Assembly: GCA_038087875.1 (NCBI GenBank)
Contig: CM075991.1
Span: forward strand, 1,364,001 to 1,428,000
DNA: 64,000 nt
Direction of reading: 5' to 3'
Origin: Malacoraja senta
Lineage: Eukaryota
Part shown: positions 13,046 through 25,660 of the stretch, one piece after another
Position numbering within the stretch: the stretch's first letter is position 1
Layout: every line of letters starts with the position of its first letter
The notes under the pieces: generated by a model
The model's input: only the letters and a program-made list of their open reading frames with translations
What the model was told of the DNA's origin: nothing
Database searches by the model: none
Program-made: the position numbers and the translations under genes

Positions 13046-13156
13046 CTATATCGCAGACATTCAACAATGTAGAATAATCAATGTGTGCACATTCTGACAA
13101 ACAAAAATATTAACAGATTGAATACAGCAAGGATGAGATTTGTGAAAAGACATTAC

Positions 13157-13242
13157 CTGATTGTGTGCTTCACTGTCCCAATTTGTGAACTGAAAATCTT
13201 CAAATGAAGGACAAATTGTCTTGTTTTCCAGAGAGTGAAGGG
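13157..13242 (-). CDS. NCAPH: NCAPH exon 8
   Basis: 86 nt; (A)LHSLENKTICPSFEDFQFTNWDSEAHNQ; CAG acceptor, GTAATG donor. Confidence 0.93.
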
Positions 13243-13619
13243 CTGTCAGAAAATGGAAACCAGTTAAATATAGGAGATTACCAGTAGCAAGTCAATAAAA
13301 TTCAATGTGAAACAAAGTGCTAGAGTAAATCAGTGGGTCAGCCAACATTTCTAGAGAACATGAACAGGCAGCATTTCAGTCATACCCATGTAAGAGTACA
13401 AGAATGCATAACTTTGCTACCAATTGACATGTGTTCTATGCACCTTACTTGACATTTTCATTGCCATCTCTTTGTATACTGCTGTTTGAACGGCTGGTTC
13501 CTGCTTTTAGCACCAGATGATGATGTAGAAGCCATTTTGGAAGCCTCCCTCTCCCCTCCCCTCCCTCCAACATAAAATCGTACATCAGTATTCTTATCAC
13601 ATTTCCGTACAAATTGGCA

Positions 13620-14795
13620 GCTCTGTCTAGGTTAGTCTCATTTGTCCACGTTTCGCACATTTCTCTCTAAAACCTTTCCTATCCATGTGCATGTTCAAGT
13701 GTCTTTTAAATGCTGTTATCGTATCTGCCTCAACTACTCTGTCAGCTCGTTCCATATACCCACCACCGACTGGGTAAAAAGGTTGCCCCTCTCACCTTAA
13801 ACCCATGTCCCCACCCTCCATAAAATCATCCCCTCAGCCTCCTACACTCCAAGAAATAAAGTCCTAGCCTGCCCAACCTCTCCCTACAGCAGACCTTCAA
13901 GTCCTGGCAACATCCTCATAAATCTTCTCTGCACTCTTTCCAGCTTAATGACATCCTTTGTATTGCAAGTGACCAAAACTGAACACAGTACGTCAAATAT
14001 GGCCTAATCAATCTCTTGTACAATTAAAAAATAGTTCCAAGTTCTATACTCAATACTGACTAATGAAGACCAATGTACCAAAAGCCTTCTTCACCACCCA
14101 AACTACCTGTGACACCAATTTCATGGAAATATGTACCTGTACTCCTAGATTCCTCTGCTCTACAACACTCCCAAGTAACCTACCGTTAACTGTGAAGGTC
14201 CTGGCTGGTTTGACTCCCCAAACTGCAACATCTCACACTTATCTGCATTAAACTCCATTAGCCATTGCTCAGCCCACTTGATCAAGAGCCTGCTGTAATT
14301 TTGATAATAATCTTCATACTTTCTTCAGCGCCAACTGCAAACGCGTGCCTTGTGCATTCCCATCCATATCGTTGTTATTAACCACAAACACCAATGAGCC
14401 CAGCACCGACCCCATAGAAACACTACTAGTCACAGGTCTCTAGTCCGATAAACAACCTTCTGCCACCACCCTCTGCTTCCTTCTATGAAGCCAATCTCTT
14501 TCCAGTCAGCTAGCTCTCTCTAGATCTCCTGTGATTTAACCATGCAATCTACCATATCAAACGCCTTGCTGAGGTCCGTATGGGCATTGTCTACAGCCTT
14601 GCCATCATCAACCTTTTCGGTTACTCTGAAAAATTCAATCAAATTCGTAAGATATGCTCGCACATATGCAAAGTCATGCCGAATATCCCTAATCAGCCCA
14701 AATCTATCCAATGCATATATATCCTATTCCTCAGAAGCCTGTCCAATAACATATCTATCCCAGATGTTGAGCTTTCTCCTTGCAAATCTTCTCAA
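13620..14795 (-). mobile_element. Old CR1 fragment (continues past 15516)
   Basis: YLTNLIEFF...KAVD...DLSKAFD remnant plus CR1 3' region; heavily mutated. Confidence 0.75.
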
Positions 14796-15515
14796 TATAT
14801 AAAAATTGTATAAAAATTAAAACATTCTGGGTAAATATTTTCAGTATAATATCTAAAGTGACCAGCACACAATTGGACTCGGATCCAAAATTAATAATAC
14901 TCGGAACATTAGAATTAAATCAAACATTTACAACAACACAAAGAAACTTTATTGATTATAGTATAATAACGGGAAAAAAATTAATTCTAAAATTTTGGAA
15001 AGGCCCTATAACCCCCACAATCAAAATGTGGATTATAGAAATGACGGAGACCTTAAATGTGGAAAGAATCAGATTTTCCCTGTTGGACAAACAGGAATTA
15101 TTCGTTGGAGCATGGTCTCCCTTTATTGATTATTTAAAGGGTCAGAATGGTTCAGCACAAGAACCTGACTAACACTCGGGCTAAAGAATGGATGAAATGT
15201 TATACTCTGAAATGTACGAATATATCTCGAACAAAGTTTTTTATCTTAATAAATGGTTCCATTCTTCTTTAACTATCTTTTTCTTTTTTTTTTTTTCTTT
15301 CTTTTTTTTTTCTCTTTTCTTTCTTTACTTCATCTATCTTTTTAGTTCTATCTAGTTTAAAAAAAAACAAAAAAAAGGCAAAAGGTATTGGAGACAATGT
15401 AATAATAATTGACAATATTATCAATTTAAAAATGTAAGACTGGTAATGATGATAATATGTTGTGTACTTATCTCCAATAAAAAATATTTAAAAAAAACAA
15501 AACAAAAAAAAAAAA
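14796..15515 (+). mobile_element. 5'-truncated L1 3' end with poly(A) and a 52-bp target-site duplication
   Basis: ORF2 C-terminus (KKLILKFWK..PTIKMW..ERIRF..WSPFIDYL), T-rich 3' UTR, AATAAA and A-tail. Flanking repeats at 14744-14795 and 15516-15567. Confidence 0.9.
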
Positions 15516-16626
15516 CAATAACATACATATCCCAGATGTTGAGCTTTCTCCTTGCAAATCTTCTCAAATACAGGGGCAACAGGAGCCACCCTCCTGCACG
15601 TTCGCCATAGCTAACGACAATTCATACTCAGCCAGAAATTGGCTATTTCTTCTCTGGGTTTGCACAGTATCCTCAGATATATCTGATCAGGCCCAGGAAA
15701 TGTATCTACCTTCATATTCCTAGGTTATTTAGTACTTTGTTGGCTGCCCTCAATACACCTCAATTATCTGTCCCAATTTCCCTAGACCTTTTATTTCCAT
15801 GATAAAAGTAGGGGAGAAACACTCATTGAGGACCTTGCCCAACCTCTGTGGCTTCACACATAGATTCACACTTTGGTTTTTGAATGGTTGCCCTCTTTCC
15901 CTTAATGCACTTAAAATATTCAGACTGAAGAAACATCATCTGTCCTTTTCGCTCCACAGATGCTGCCAGACCCAGAGTTTCTCCAGCCCTTAGTTTTCCT
16001 TTGCTCCAGATTCCATCACTTGCAGTCTCTTGTGTCTATATGAATATTATTTCCTGTCAAGGATTAGCTATGGAGAGTGTACATTTGGTATATTTGTTAT
16101 ATTTATAGGAACAGAACTGCAGATGCTGGAATCTGGCACAGAGCAGAGTACTAGAGTAACTCAGTAGGTCAAGTAGCATCAGTGGATGACATAAGAATCC
16201 AAAGTCACCTATCCACATCCTCCAGAGATGCTGCCTGACCCCTGAGTTACTCCAGCACTCTGTGATCTATGCCACTCATGGAACATATGCTGGAACAGGA
16301 CCAGCGTAAAGAAACACAAGAAAATGATTCTTTTCTGGAAAAAACTCACAGGGAAATACATTTATACTCACTGCTAGATAGCTTAGTCACATCAGGAGTG
16401 TACTCACCATCTGGTGAAATAAACCAGTGGATTCTAGGGCCAGCTGACACTAATATAACAATTGGTCATTAGCGACATTCCCACACCATACTGGAGACAA
16501 ACCCACCCCAGAAGCTGCCCACCCCAAAGGAAGTTGACAGTTAATATTATTGGAATAATTGTGGAGCTATCAGCAGCTTGGCAATCATATTAACTATCCG
16601 ATTAGCGATAATTTTGTTAAACTTGC

Positions 16627-16813
16627 CTTGCAGGTCAGTTATTTCCACATGACTGATGGGTGGCAATTCTGGTGCAGAACCAGTTTCAATGAGCTTGACA
16701 TCTGAATCAAACAGCAACTGAGCAGAGTGTCCATATGTCTGGAGATTGACCATGAAAACCCCTACTGTGCTGCATTCATCAAACGAGGCAACTTTCTGGA
16801 ACATTGAGTCAGT
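16627..16813 (-). CDS. NCAPH: NCAPH exon 7 (GC donor)
   Basis: 187 nt; TDSMFQKVASFDECSTVGVF...LLFDSDV...VEITDLQ; donor AAG|GCAAGT, phase 1, which matches exon 8. Confidence 0.9.
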
Positions 16814-17014
16814 CTAAAAAGATACAAGGAGTATACAAGGAATAAATCTCATCTGCAATGATTTCCGTGTTAATATTTTTAGTTATCTTTGTAAATCCGA
16901 CTTGCATTTCACATTTATTTTTTGGCAAAACTTTAATAAATTAATTTTCCATGGATTGTAACCACATAATTGAATGGGTCAAACGTACAAAAATCCATAC
17001 ATCAAACTCCACAA

Positions 17015-18849
17015 TCTATACATAACTAAAGCTCTGATCTGGCTATCTTCCGGTTTGTGCGGTCTTTCTATTTGCGCAAAAACGGGACGTGATAGCGCTA
17101 CGATATTTTGCCACCTTACTCACCGTTCTCCTGTGCTGCGAGTGCACTGTTTCGTTCCGATTGGTGGTCTAATGTAAAAGTTAGCAAGGTTTAAAAATCT
17201 TAAAAACCGCGCGTGTGCAGATCTCTCCTCCCCTGCCAGTCAGCACAGTGTGGATTGGTAATTTCTCCTGTCACTCCACGGGGCGGTCCACCCCTTCCTG
17301 TGCCATCGCGTCTTTACTGGAGCTGAGGATAGCCGGCAGAGGTTTTTAAGCGGGCACAATTTTTGGAGGGACCGGACGCGGCCCGGCCCCGGAGATGTCG
17401 CCAAACGAAAATGGAGAATCTGACCCCGGCGGAGAACATCAAGCCACCAGCGCCCGCTGTGTGTCACCATTGCACAGTCAGCTCCATCCCCATCTCCTAT
17501 GGTCCCCCTCGCTGGCTCCTGCCCCCCCCCGTGATACCCCCCTCACTCCCACAACCCCCGTCTTTTCTCCGAGCTCTCTCCCCCCCGCCTCCACGACAAC
17601 CCCTCCCACACCGCCCGACCCACTCCCCTCCCCCCACAACCCCCCCGCCCACACACCCCCTCCCCACCACCCACAACCCCCCTCTCCCCACATCCTCCCT
17701 CCCCCAGACCCACCCCACCCCACAACCCCTCCCGCCACAACCGTAGGCCACGTCAGCGGTAGGCCATGGCAGCACTCTCCCCCCCCCCCACGACAGGCCC
17801 CGCCTAAAGTTGCCCCCCCTCCAGGACGCTCCCCGCAGGCCCCCACCTGAAGCCGTCCCCATCCCCGGCTACAGGACGCTCCCCCCTCCCCCGGCTGCAG
17901 AACGCAACAAGAGACGCAACAAGAAAGAATGGACTGAATAAATCTCATCTTTAACGTTTAAATTGTTAGATTTTAAGGATTATTCACATTTTAACCTTTA
18001 ATAAATCCCTTTTCCACTTGGACGCAGGACGCTCCCCATCCGCCGTCCCCATCCACCGGCTGCAGGATGCTCCCCCCCACCCCCCCATCCCCTCCACCGG
18101 CTGCAGGACGCTCCGCCCCACCATCACCGGCCCCCGACAGCTCCTGCCTGAAGCCGTCCCCCTCCCTCGGCTGCAGAACGCCCTCCCCTCACCCTCCACC
18201 GGCCTCCGACAGTCCCCGCCTGAAGTTGTCCCCTTCCCCCAGCTGTAGGACACACCCCCCCACCCCCCGACAGCCCCCGCCTGAAGCTGTCCCCTCCCCA
18301 GGTTGCAGGACGCTCTCCACCAGCCCCCGACTGAAGCCATCCCCCTCCCCCGGCTGCAGAATGCAACAAGAGACACAATAACAAAGAATGGACTGAAAAA
18401 ACCTCATCTTTCACGTTTAAATTGTTATATTTTAAGCGTTATTCACATTTTAAGCTTTAATAAATCCCTTTTCCACGCCGTGCCCGTCAGCTGCACCTAC
18501 GCAGTAATACCTGCGAGTTCTACGTCACAATGGAAACCTAATGGACGGGAATGGCTGCGCCGCCTGAGAGCCGCTAAGAGTGGATGGGGTGGGGGAGATG
18601 GAGTGAGTGCGTAGGGGAGGGGGGAGGGCAAGGGGCGTAGTGGAGGGGGGGTGAGGGGAGATAAGGGGCGTCACAACGGAAACCCGTCGGCCGCGCCTGC
18701 GCAGTTAGGGGCTATGGGTGATTGGTGGAATATTATGATGGGGGAACGGGTTGCGTTGGGGGAACAGGTGAGTGGTGGAATATTGCGTTGGGGAATGGGT
18801 TGCGTTGGTGGACCAGCCCTCCCGTGTGACTGGGTCCCACTTACTCTAG
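17015..18849 (+). mobile_element. Non-autonomous Helitron-like element in NCAPH intron 6
   Basis: Inserted between A and T: A|TCTATACATAACTAAAGCTCTGATC ... GGGTCCCACTTACTCTAG|T, with no TSD. Both termini resemble those of the elements at 50530-52421. Confidence 0.75.
17480..18480. repeat. C-rich low complexity plus GC-rich minisatellite (unit ~CCCCCGCCTGAAGCCGTCCCCTCCCCGGCTGCAGGACGCT) inside the Helitron
   Basis: Repeated ggctgcaggacgct / cctgaagccgtcccc motifs; larger duplication of 17880-18018 at 18340-18476. Confidence 0.85.
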
Positions 18850-19101
18850 TAAGCGTTAAAAGCTTTCCCGATTTACAGAATGGCAATTCTAAATTAATGT
18901 ATAAACAAAACAGGTTTCCCGTTTCCAACTAATTTAATAATTTCAACTGGAAATGTACAGGTGTGGAGTCATGGACATAGTTCAGCACAACTAATTTCAG
19001 TACAGGATTGAAGAAATTGTCGGCCCTCACTGTCAAGGCTTGCGCAATGCTCAAAGGCACCCAAATCTCTCAGACACAGTAGACAGGAAAAATAAGCTCA
19101 C

Positions 19102-19232
19102 CTCACACTTCATGTCACTCATGCTGTATGTGATGTTGTTCAAATTCTGTTCAATAGTTTTGTACGAATGCTTTTTTTTATGTTTCTGAGAGCCTTTTGC
19201 ATTATCAGCTTCATTAGATCCAGGATTCATCT
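19102..19232 (-). CDS. NCAPH: NCAPH exon 6
   Basis: 131 nt; (E)MNPGSNEADNAKGSQKHKKKHSYKTIEQNLNNITYSMSDMKCE; donor GAG|GTGAG. Confidence 0.9.
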
Positions 19233-19677
19233 CTATATGCAGACAAAGCACAATTACTTTGAAGGCTTTGACAGGATTAATAAAAGGACCTATCCACATT
19301 ATAATTTGTAATATTACAACATGTGATATTTTATTTAAGCAAAGAAAAATAAATCCAGTTTTTATAAGTAAAATAAGACTTTTTTCTCATTCCTCATTTT
19401 GTTAGACACAGGAGTTGTCACATGACCTGTTACAGCCCACCCAACACCAGCCACCCTCGGCAGCCATTGCACAATGTCTGTGTGGTGAACTGGGGGCGAT
19501 GAAATTGCATCAACTGTTTCATTACTGTGGTATCGTCAGCACAGTGCTGAGGCCTCATCAGAGTTCCCGAGGCAGCAGCAAGAGGACAGGGGTTCGTGCC
19601 AGGTTCAAAACACCGCAGTGTCATTAATAGATTACCCCAATTTAGTGCGAGCTTTCTTTCATCCTGAAATTGCATCT

Positions 19678-21500
19678 AGAAACATAGAAACATAGAAATT
19701 AGGTGCAGGAGTAGGCCATTTGGCCCTTCGAGCCTGCACCGCCATTCAATATGATCATGGCTGATCATCCAACTCAGTATCCCGTACCTGCCTTCTCTCC
19801 ATACCCTCTGATCCCTTTAGCCACAAGGGCCACATCTAACTCCCTCTTAAATATAGCCAATGAACTGGCCTCGACTACCCTCTGTGGCAGAGAGTTCCAG
19901 AGATTCACCACTCTGTGTGTGAAAAAAGTTCTTCTCATCTCGGTTTTAAAGGATTTCCCCCTTATCCTTAAGCTGTGACCCCTTGTCCTGCACTTCCCCA
20001 ACATCGGGAGCAATCTTCCTGCATTTAGCCTGTCCAACCCCTTAAGAATTTTGTAAGTTTCTATAAGATCCCCTCTCAATCTCCTAAATTCTAGAGTATA
20101 AACCAAGTCTATCCAGTCTTTCTTCACAAGACAGTCCTGACATCCCAGGAATCAGTCTGGTGAACCTTCTCTGCACTCCCTCTATGGCAATAATGTCCTT
20201 CCTCAGATTTGGAGACCAAAACTGTACGCAATACTCCAGGTGTGGTTTCACCAAGACCCTGTACAACTGCAGTAGAACCTCCCTGCTCCTATACTCAAAT
20301 CCTTTTGCTATGAAAGCTAACATACCATTCGCTTTCTTCACTGCCTGCTGCACCTGCATGCCTACTTTCAATGACTGGTGTACCATGACACCCAGGTCTC
20401 ACTGCATCTCCCCTTTTCCTAGTCGGCCACCATTTAGATAATAGTCTGCTTTCCTGTTTTTGCCACCAAAATGGATAACCTCACATTTATCCACATTATA
20501 CTGCATCTGCCAAACATTTGCCCACTCACCCAGCCTATCCAAGTCACCTTGCAGTCTCCTAGCATCCTCCTCACAGCTAACACTGCCCCCCAGCTTAGTG
20601 TCATCCGCAAACTTGGAGATATTGCCTTCAATTCCCTTATCCAGATCATTAATATATATTGTAAATAGCTGGGGTCCCAGCACTGAGCCTTGCGGTACCC
20701 CACTAGTCACTGCCTGCCATTGTGAAAAGGACCCGTTTACTCCTACTCTTTGCTTCCTGTTTGCCAGCCAGTTCTCTATCCACATCAATACTGAACCCCC
20801 AATGCCATGTGCTTTAAGTTTGTTTACTAATCTCTTATGTGGGACCTTGTCGAAAGCCTTCTGGAAGTCCAGATACACCACATCCACTGGTTCTCCCCTA
20901 TCCACGCTACTAGTTACATCCTCGAAAAATTCTATAAGATTCGTCAGACATGATTTACCTTTCGTAAATCCATGCTGACTTTGTCCAATGATTTCACCAC
21001 TTTCCAAATGTGCTGCTATCCCATCTTTAATAACTGTCTCTAGCAGTTTCCCCACTACCGACGTTAGACTAACTGGTCTGTAATTCCACGTTTTCTCTCT
21101 CCCTCCCTTCTTAAAAAGTGGGGTTACGTTTGCTACCCGCCAATCCTCAGGAACTACTCCAGAATCTAAAGAGTTTTGAAAGATTATTACTAATGCATCC
21201 ACTATTTCTGGAGCTACTTCCTTAAGTACTCTGGGATGCAGCCTATCTGGCCCTGGGGATTTATCGGCCTTTAATCCATTCAATTTACCCAACACCACTT
21301 CCCGACTAACCTGGATTTCACCCAATTCCTCCAACTCCTTTGACCCGCGGTCCCCTGCTATTTCCGGCAGATTATTTATGTCTTCCTTAGTGAAAACGGA
21401 ACCAAAGTAGTTATTCAATTGCTCCGCCATATCCTTGTTCCCCATGATCAACTCACCTGTTTCTGACTGCAAGGGACCTACATTTGTTTTAACTAATCTC
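19678..21500 (-). mobile_element. Young 5'-truncated CR1 LINE, near-identical to 4565-6391 but inverted
   Basis: ORFs 20399-21472, 20084-20386 and 19774-20127 reproduce the same RT peptide; (AAACATAG)n tail at 19678-19697. Confidence 0.95.
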
Positions 21501-21539
21501 TAGCAGTAAGGAAAGTACTGAAGAGTCTAGAGAGAAAGA

Positions 21540-22900
21540 AAGTGATGTCATGGAGTGATACATTGTGGAAACAGGCCCTTCGGCCCAACTTGCCCACACG
21601 AGCCAACATGTCCCAGCTACACTAGTCCCACCTGCCTGCTCTTGGTCCATATCCCTCCAAACCTGTCCTATCCATGTACCTGTCTAACTGTTTCTTAAAC
21701 GATGGGATAGTCCCAGCCTCAACTACCTCCTCTGGCAGCTTGAGTGAAAATGTTATTCCTCGGATTCTTATTAAATCTTTTCCCCTTCACCTTGAACCTA
21801 TGCCCTCTGGTCCTCGATTCCCCTACTCTGGGCAAGAGACTTTGTGCATCCACCCGATCTATTCCTCTCATGATTTTGTACAGTTAAGTAGAAGAACTGG
21901 GAACAGACACCTGGTTAGCATGAAGCAGAACTATGTGAAGTGGAGTTACTCTGATAGTTGGACATTCGGTTAGTGTCATTGGGGAGCACAGCTGAGGCAA
22001 CCTATCAGTTGAGCTGGCTTTACTGCCTTAAGGACATCCCACTCTCTCTAAACACACTGACAAATATTTAAGGGTGTTGTGAAGTTCAAAACATTTTGGT
22101 ATATGGTGTACCAAGGAAAGTCTGGTAAATTATATAAATCTCGACTTTTAGAATTTCAGACCAGGTTGATAAGGGGTCATAAAGCACGAACAGGCCTTTC
22201 AGCCCAATTGATCCATCTACGCTAGTTCCAGAGTTTGACCCTTCCTATTCATTTACCTGTCCAAAAATCTTTTAAATATTGTTATTCTACATGCCTCAAC
22301 CACTTCCTCTGGCAGATTATTCCATATATGTACCATCCTGTGTGAAGAAGTTGCCCCTAATAACTCTTTCCCTCAATTTAAACCTATGCCCTTCTAGTTT
22401 TTGATTAATCGGCTCTTGAAAAAAAGGATGTGCGCATTTAATCTATCTATGCCCCTCGTGATTTTATGCTTCATAATCCATCATAAGACCCCTCAGTCTT
22501 GTATGCTCCACGGAATAAAGTCCCAGGTTCCCCCGCCTCTCCTTATAATTCACTCCGAGTTCTTGCAACATGCTCATAAATCTTTTCTGTAAACTTTCCA
22601 ACAACTGCATCTTTCCGACAGCAGAGTGACTGAAACTGAACACTATACTCCAAGTGCGGCCTCACCAACATCTTGTACAACTGTTACATAATATCCTAAC
22701 TTCTATACTCAATGACAAAAGTTAGTGTGCCTAAAGCCTTCTTCACCATCCTGTCCACCTGTGATAGAAGTACATAATTCCCTGAAAATGTATCTCAAGG
22801 TGCCAAGACTCTACAGCATTCCTCAGGGCCCTACCATTCACTATAAAAGTACTACCCTGGTTAGATATCCCAATGTGCAATGCCTCACACTTATCTGTAT
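21540..22900 (-). mobile_element. Cluster of older CR1 3'-end fragments
   Basis: CR1-type tails (ggaaacaggcccttcggccc) and degenerate RT C-terminal sequence. Confidence 0.7.
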
Positions 22901-23368
22901 CTGAAATAAATACATATATGGAATAAGTTCATTTATTCCTACACAATTGGCTGTAAAATCAAAGCAATGTCTGAAAGGTATGCAAAGAAATGCTTCATGA
23001 AATGACTGGCAACAATAACTCCAGAGACCAACAACTGCAGAACACAATCCCCAAGTCCCTGACTTGAAGAACCCACCAATCAAACACAAGCCAAGATCTT
23101 CTGGAGCGGGTAAAGAGTTTTGGAAGTTGTGAAACTAACTAAAGAATTGCCTAACTAAAAGAGTTAAGTAACTAAAGAGTTAACAAATCTTGTTTGAACT
23201 TCATAAGGAATCTTGGGGTTGTTTGAACTAATTGTGATTAATTATTATATTTGAGGCTAAATCTGGAAGGTGCTGCATTAAATTGGCAAATGACCAATGC
23301 ATTAACTGTTGAAGAGTTAAAGCAAATGTTCTTTTCAATGGAAAAGGCTTGAAATTGCCATTATTTAC

Positions 23369-23489
23369 CTGCACCTGGCTCTTCAGGATTCTTCCCTAGA
23401 CCGCCCAGGATCTTGAATACATCTGTATGAACAGCATCCACACGCACCGCATAGATCTTAGTACTAGCATCCAACGTGCCAGCTGCCAT
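23369..23489 (-). CDS. NCAPH: NCAPH exon 5
   Basis: 121 nt; [40 protein letters not shown]; phase-1 donor G|GTAAAT. Confidence 0.95.
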
Positions 23490-23559
23490 CTGTAATCGAA
23501 TAGAAATAATATAAATAAATCATTACAATACTTGCAAGTAACTGCAGAAAACAATTATC

Positions 23560-23678
23560 TGGGGGGGGTGGGGAGAGAGAGGGGGGGACGGGGAGACAGG
23601 GGGGGAGGGGGGAGAGAGAGAGAGTGAGATGGGGGGGAGAGAGAGGGAGAGGGCAGAGAGAGGGGTGAGAGAGGGAGA
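23560..23678. repeat. Purine-rich (GA/G) low-complexity tract in NCAPH intron 4
   Basis: Visible directly in the sequence. Confidence 0.9.
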
Positions 23679-23728
23679 TTTTGTAAGAATCAATTGTATA
23701 AGATTTAATTATAGTATGTTTTTCTAAC

Positions 23729-23821
23729 CTTGAAACTAGTAAGTTCAGATTCCTTTTCTTTGAGGAGGTCAGCCATGTAATCAATCAGGTGTAGACCAAA
23801 GGCGTTCTTGGTGGTAATTTT
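23729..23821 (-). CDS. NCAPH: NCAPH exon 4
   Basis: 93 nt; [35 protein letters not shown] boundaries. Confidence 0.95.
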
Positions 23822-23900
23822 CTAAAATTGCCAAAGAATAAAATTAGATATAGTATGACTACAAATATCATAACAGCCATGTCAGTCACTATCAGCCTGG

Positions 23901-24101
23901 CGTGTAAGAAGGAACTGCAGATGCTGGTTTAAAACGAAGATAGACTCAAAATGCTGGAGTAACTCAGCAGGACAGGGAGCATCTCTGGAGAGAAGGAATG
24001 GGTGACGTCTGAAGAAGGGTCTCGACCCAAAACATCACCCATTCCTTCTCTCCAGAGATGCTGCCTGTCCTGCTGAGTTACTCCAGTATTTTGTGTCTAC
24101 C
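23901..24101. mobile_element. Palindromic Penelope-derived insertion
   Basis: Inverted arms around a degenerate hammerhead motif (24009); TSD ATCAGCCTGG at 23891-23900 and 24102-24111. Confidence 0.8.
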
Positions 24102-24589
24102 ATCAGCCTGGTTGCTGATTTTTATTTGGATGTTTGCTCCCACTATTGTATGGAAAAAGGCAAAAACATTAAAATTACTTGGAACCTTTATGTGATTAGG
24201 TTCACTTGATGCACCTTAGATTATCTAGAGAAGCTTTACTAAACAGATTTTAATGTAATTTCTGTCCAAGTGAAAAAAGCAAAACAATTCCAAATTGTGA
24301 GGTGCACATTGTTGCAACAGAATCTCAGAATAAATTACACCAAATGCTGTTGCCTGGCCACGTGAACAGTATGCCTAAGGCTACAACACCAAGGATCACG
24401 TCAAACACACAAGTATTTAAGTTCAATTCACATCAGGGTGGCTCCAGCCCCAATTTTATATCCAAGTTGAGCTCAACATCATGGTGCACTGACATTATCA
24501 CAAACAAAAAATGCAGAAGAACATCTGGACATAAAGACCTTACCTATATATGTTTTTATTTTCACTGAGGCATAAGATTTCATTTGGAT

Positions 24590-25660
24590 GGTATGTGGCT
24601 GATAGTATAGTCAGCATGGTTTTGTTTGTGGGATATTGTGTCTTACAAATCTGATTGAGTTGTTAAACTAGTAACCAAAAAGGTTGAAGAGGCAAAGCAT
24701 TTGATAAGGTTCAGCATGGTAGACTGTTTTGAAAGGTTAGACTGCTTGGAATCTAGGGAGAACTAGCAGACTAGATAGAGGAAGTAATGGAAGGAAGCAG
24801 AGGGTAGGATGGTGGAAGGTGTTTTTTGGACTGGAAGCCTGTATGCCTTTGGATTGGTGATGGGGCCATTGCACTTTGTGGTTTATAACAATGATTTGTT
24901 TGTGAATGTAGAAGGCATGATTAGTAAGCTTGCAGATGACACGAATGTAGGTGGTAATCAAGAATCACAGGAGGTTTTTGATCAATTGTGCAAGTGGGCA
25001 GAGGAATGGAGTTTAATTCAGATAAATTTGAGGTATTGCACTTTGGGAAGTCAAACCCGGGCAGGACCTTCACAGTGACCGGCACGGCACTGGGGAGTGT
25101 TGTAGAGTGTTGAAGGAGTGCAGGTACATAGTTCTTTGAAAGTAGTATCACTAGCAGATAGAATCGACAAGGAGGTTTCGGCAGTTTGACCTCCGTCGTT
25201 CAGGGTATTGAGTATAGACGTTGGGATGGTATGTAGCATTTGTACAAGACTTTGGTGAGGTCACATTTGTAATAGTGTTCAGTTAGTGGCCACCCTGCTG
25301 TCTAAAGGATGTTGTTAAGCAAGAAAGAGCATAGTGATGATTTATAAGGATGTTAGCAGGACTTGGGGGGCTGAATGTAGGGAGAGATTGGACATGCTAC
25401 GACTTGATTTCTTGGAGTGCAGGAGGATGACGGGTGATCTTATAGGGATGTATAAGATCATGATGGGAATAAGTAGGGTGAATGTACAGTCTTTTACACA
25501 AAGTAAGGGAATCAAGAATCAGAGGACATAAGGTGAGAAGGGAAAGATTTAATAGAAACCCACGGTGCATCTTTTTTCACCTAGTATGTGGTGGGTATAT
25601 GGATGAGGTTGTCGGAGGGAGAGTTATTATAACAACATTGCAGATGGGGCATCTTGGTCA
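24590..25660 (+). mobile_element. Old CR1 fragment
   Basis: Remnants of LTNLIE, AFDKV and ISKLADDT plus the 3' region. Confidence 0.75.

Noticed and set aside
17820..18420. CRISPR-like repeat-spacer array
   Set aside because: The units are degenerate tandem repeats without unique spacers; the context is eukaryotic and there are no cas genes.
17240..18614. Many overlapping Pro/Gly-rich ORFs
   Set aside because: Artefacts of the GC-rich minisatellite inside the Helitron-like element.
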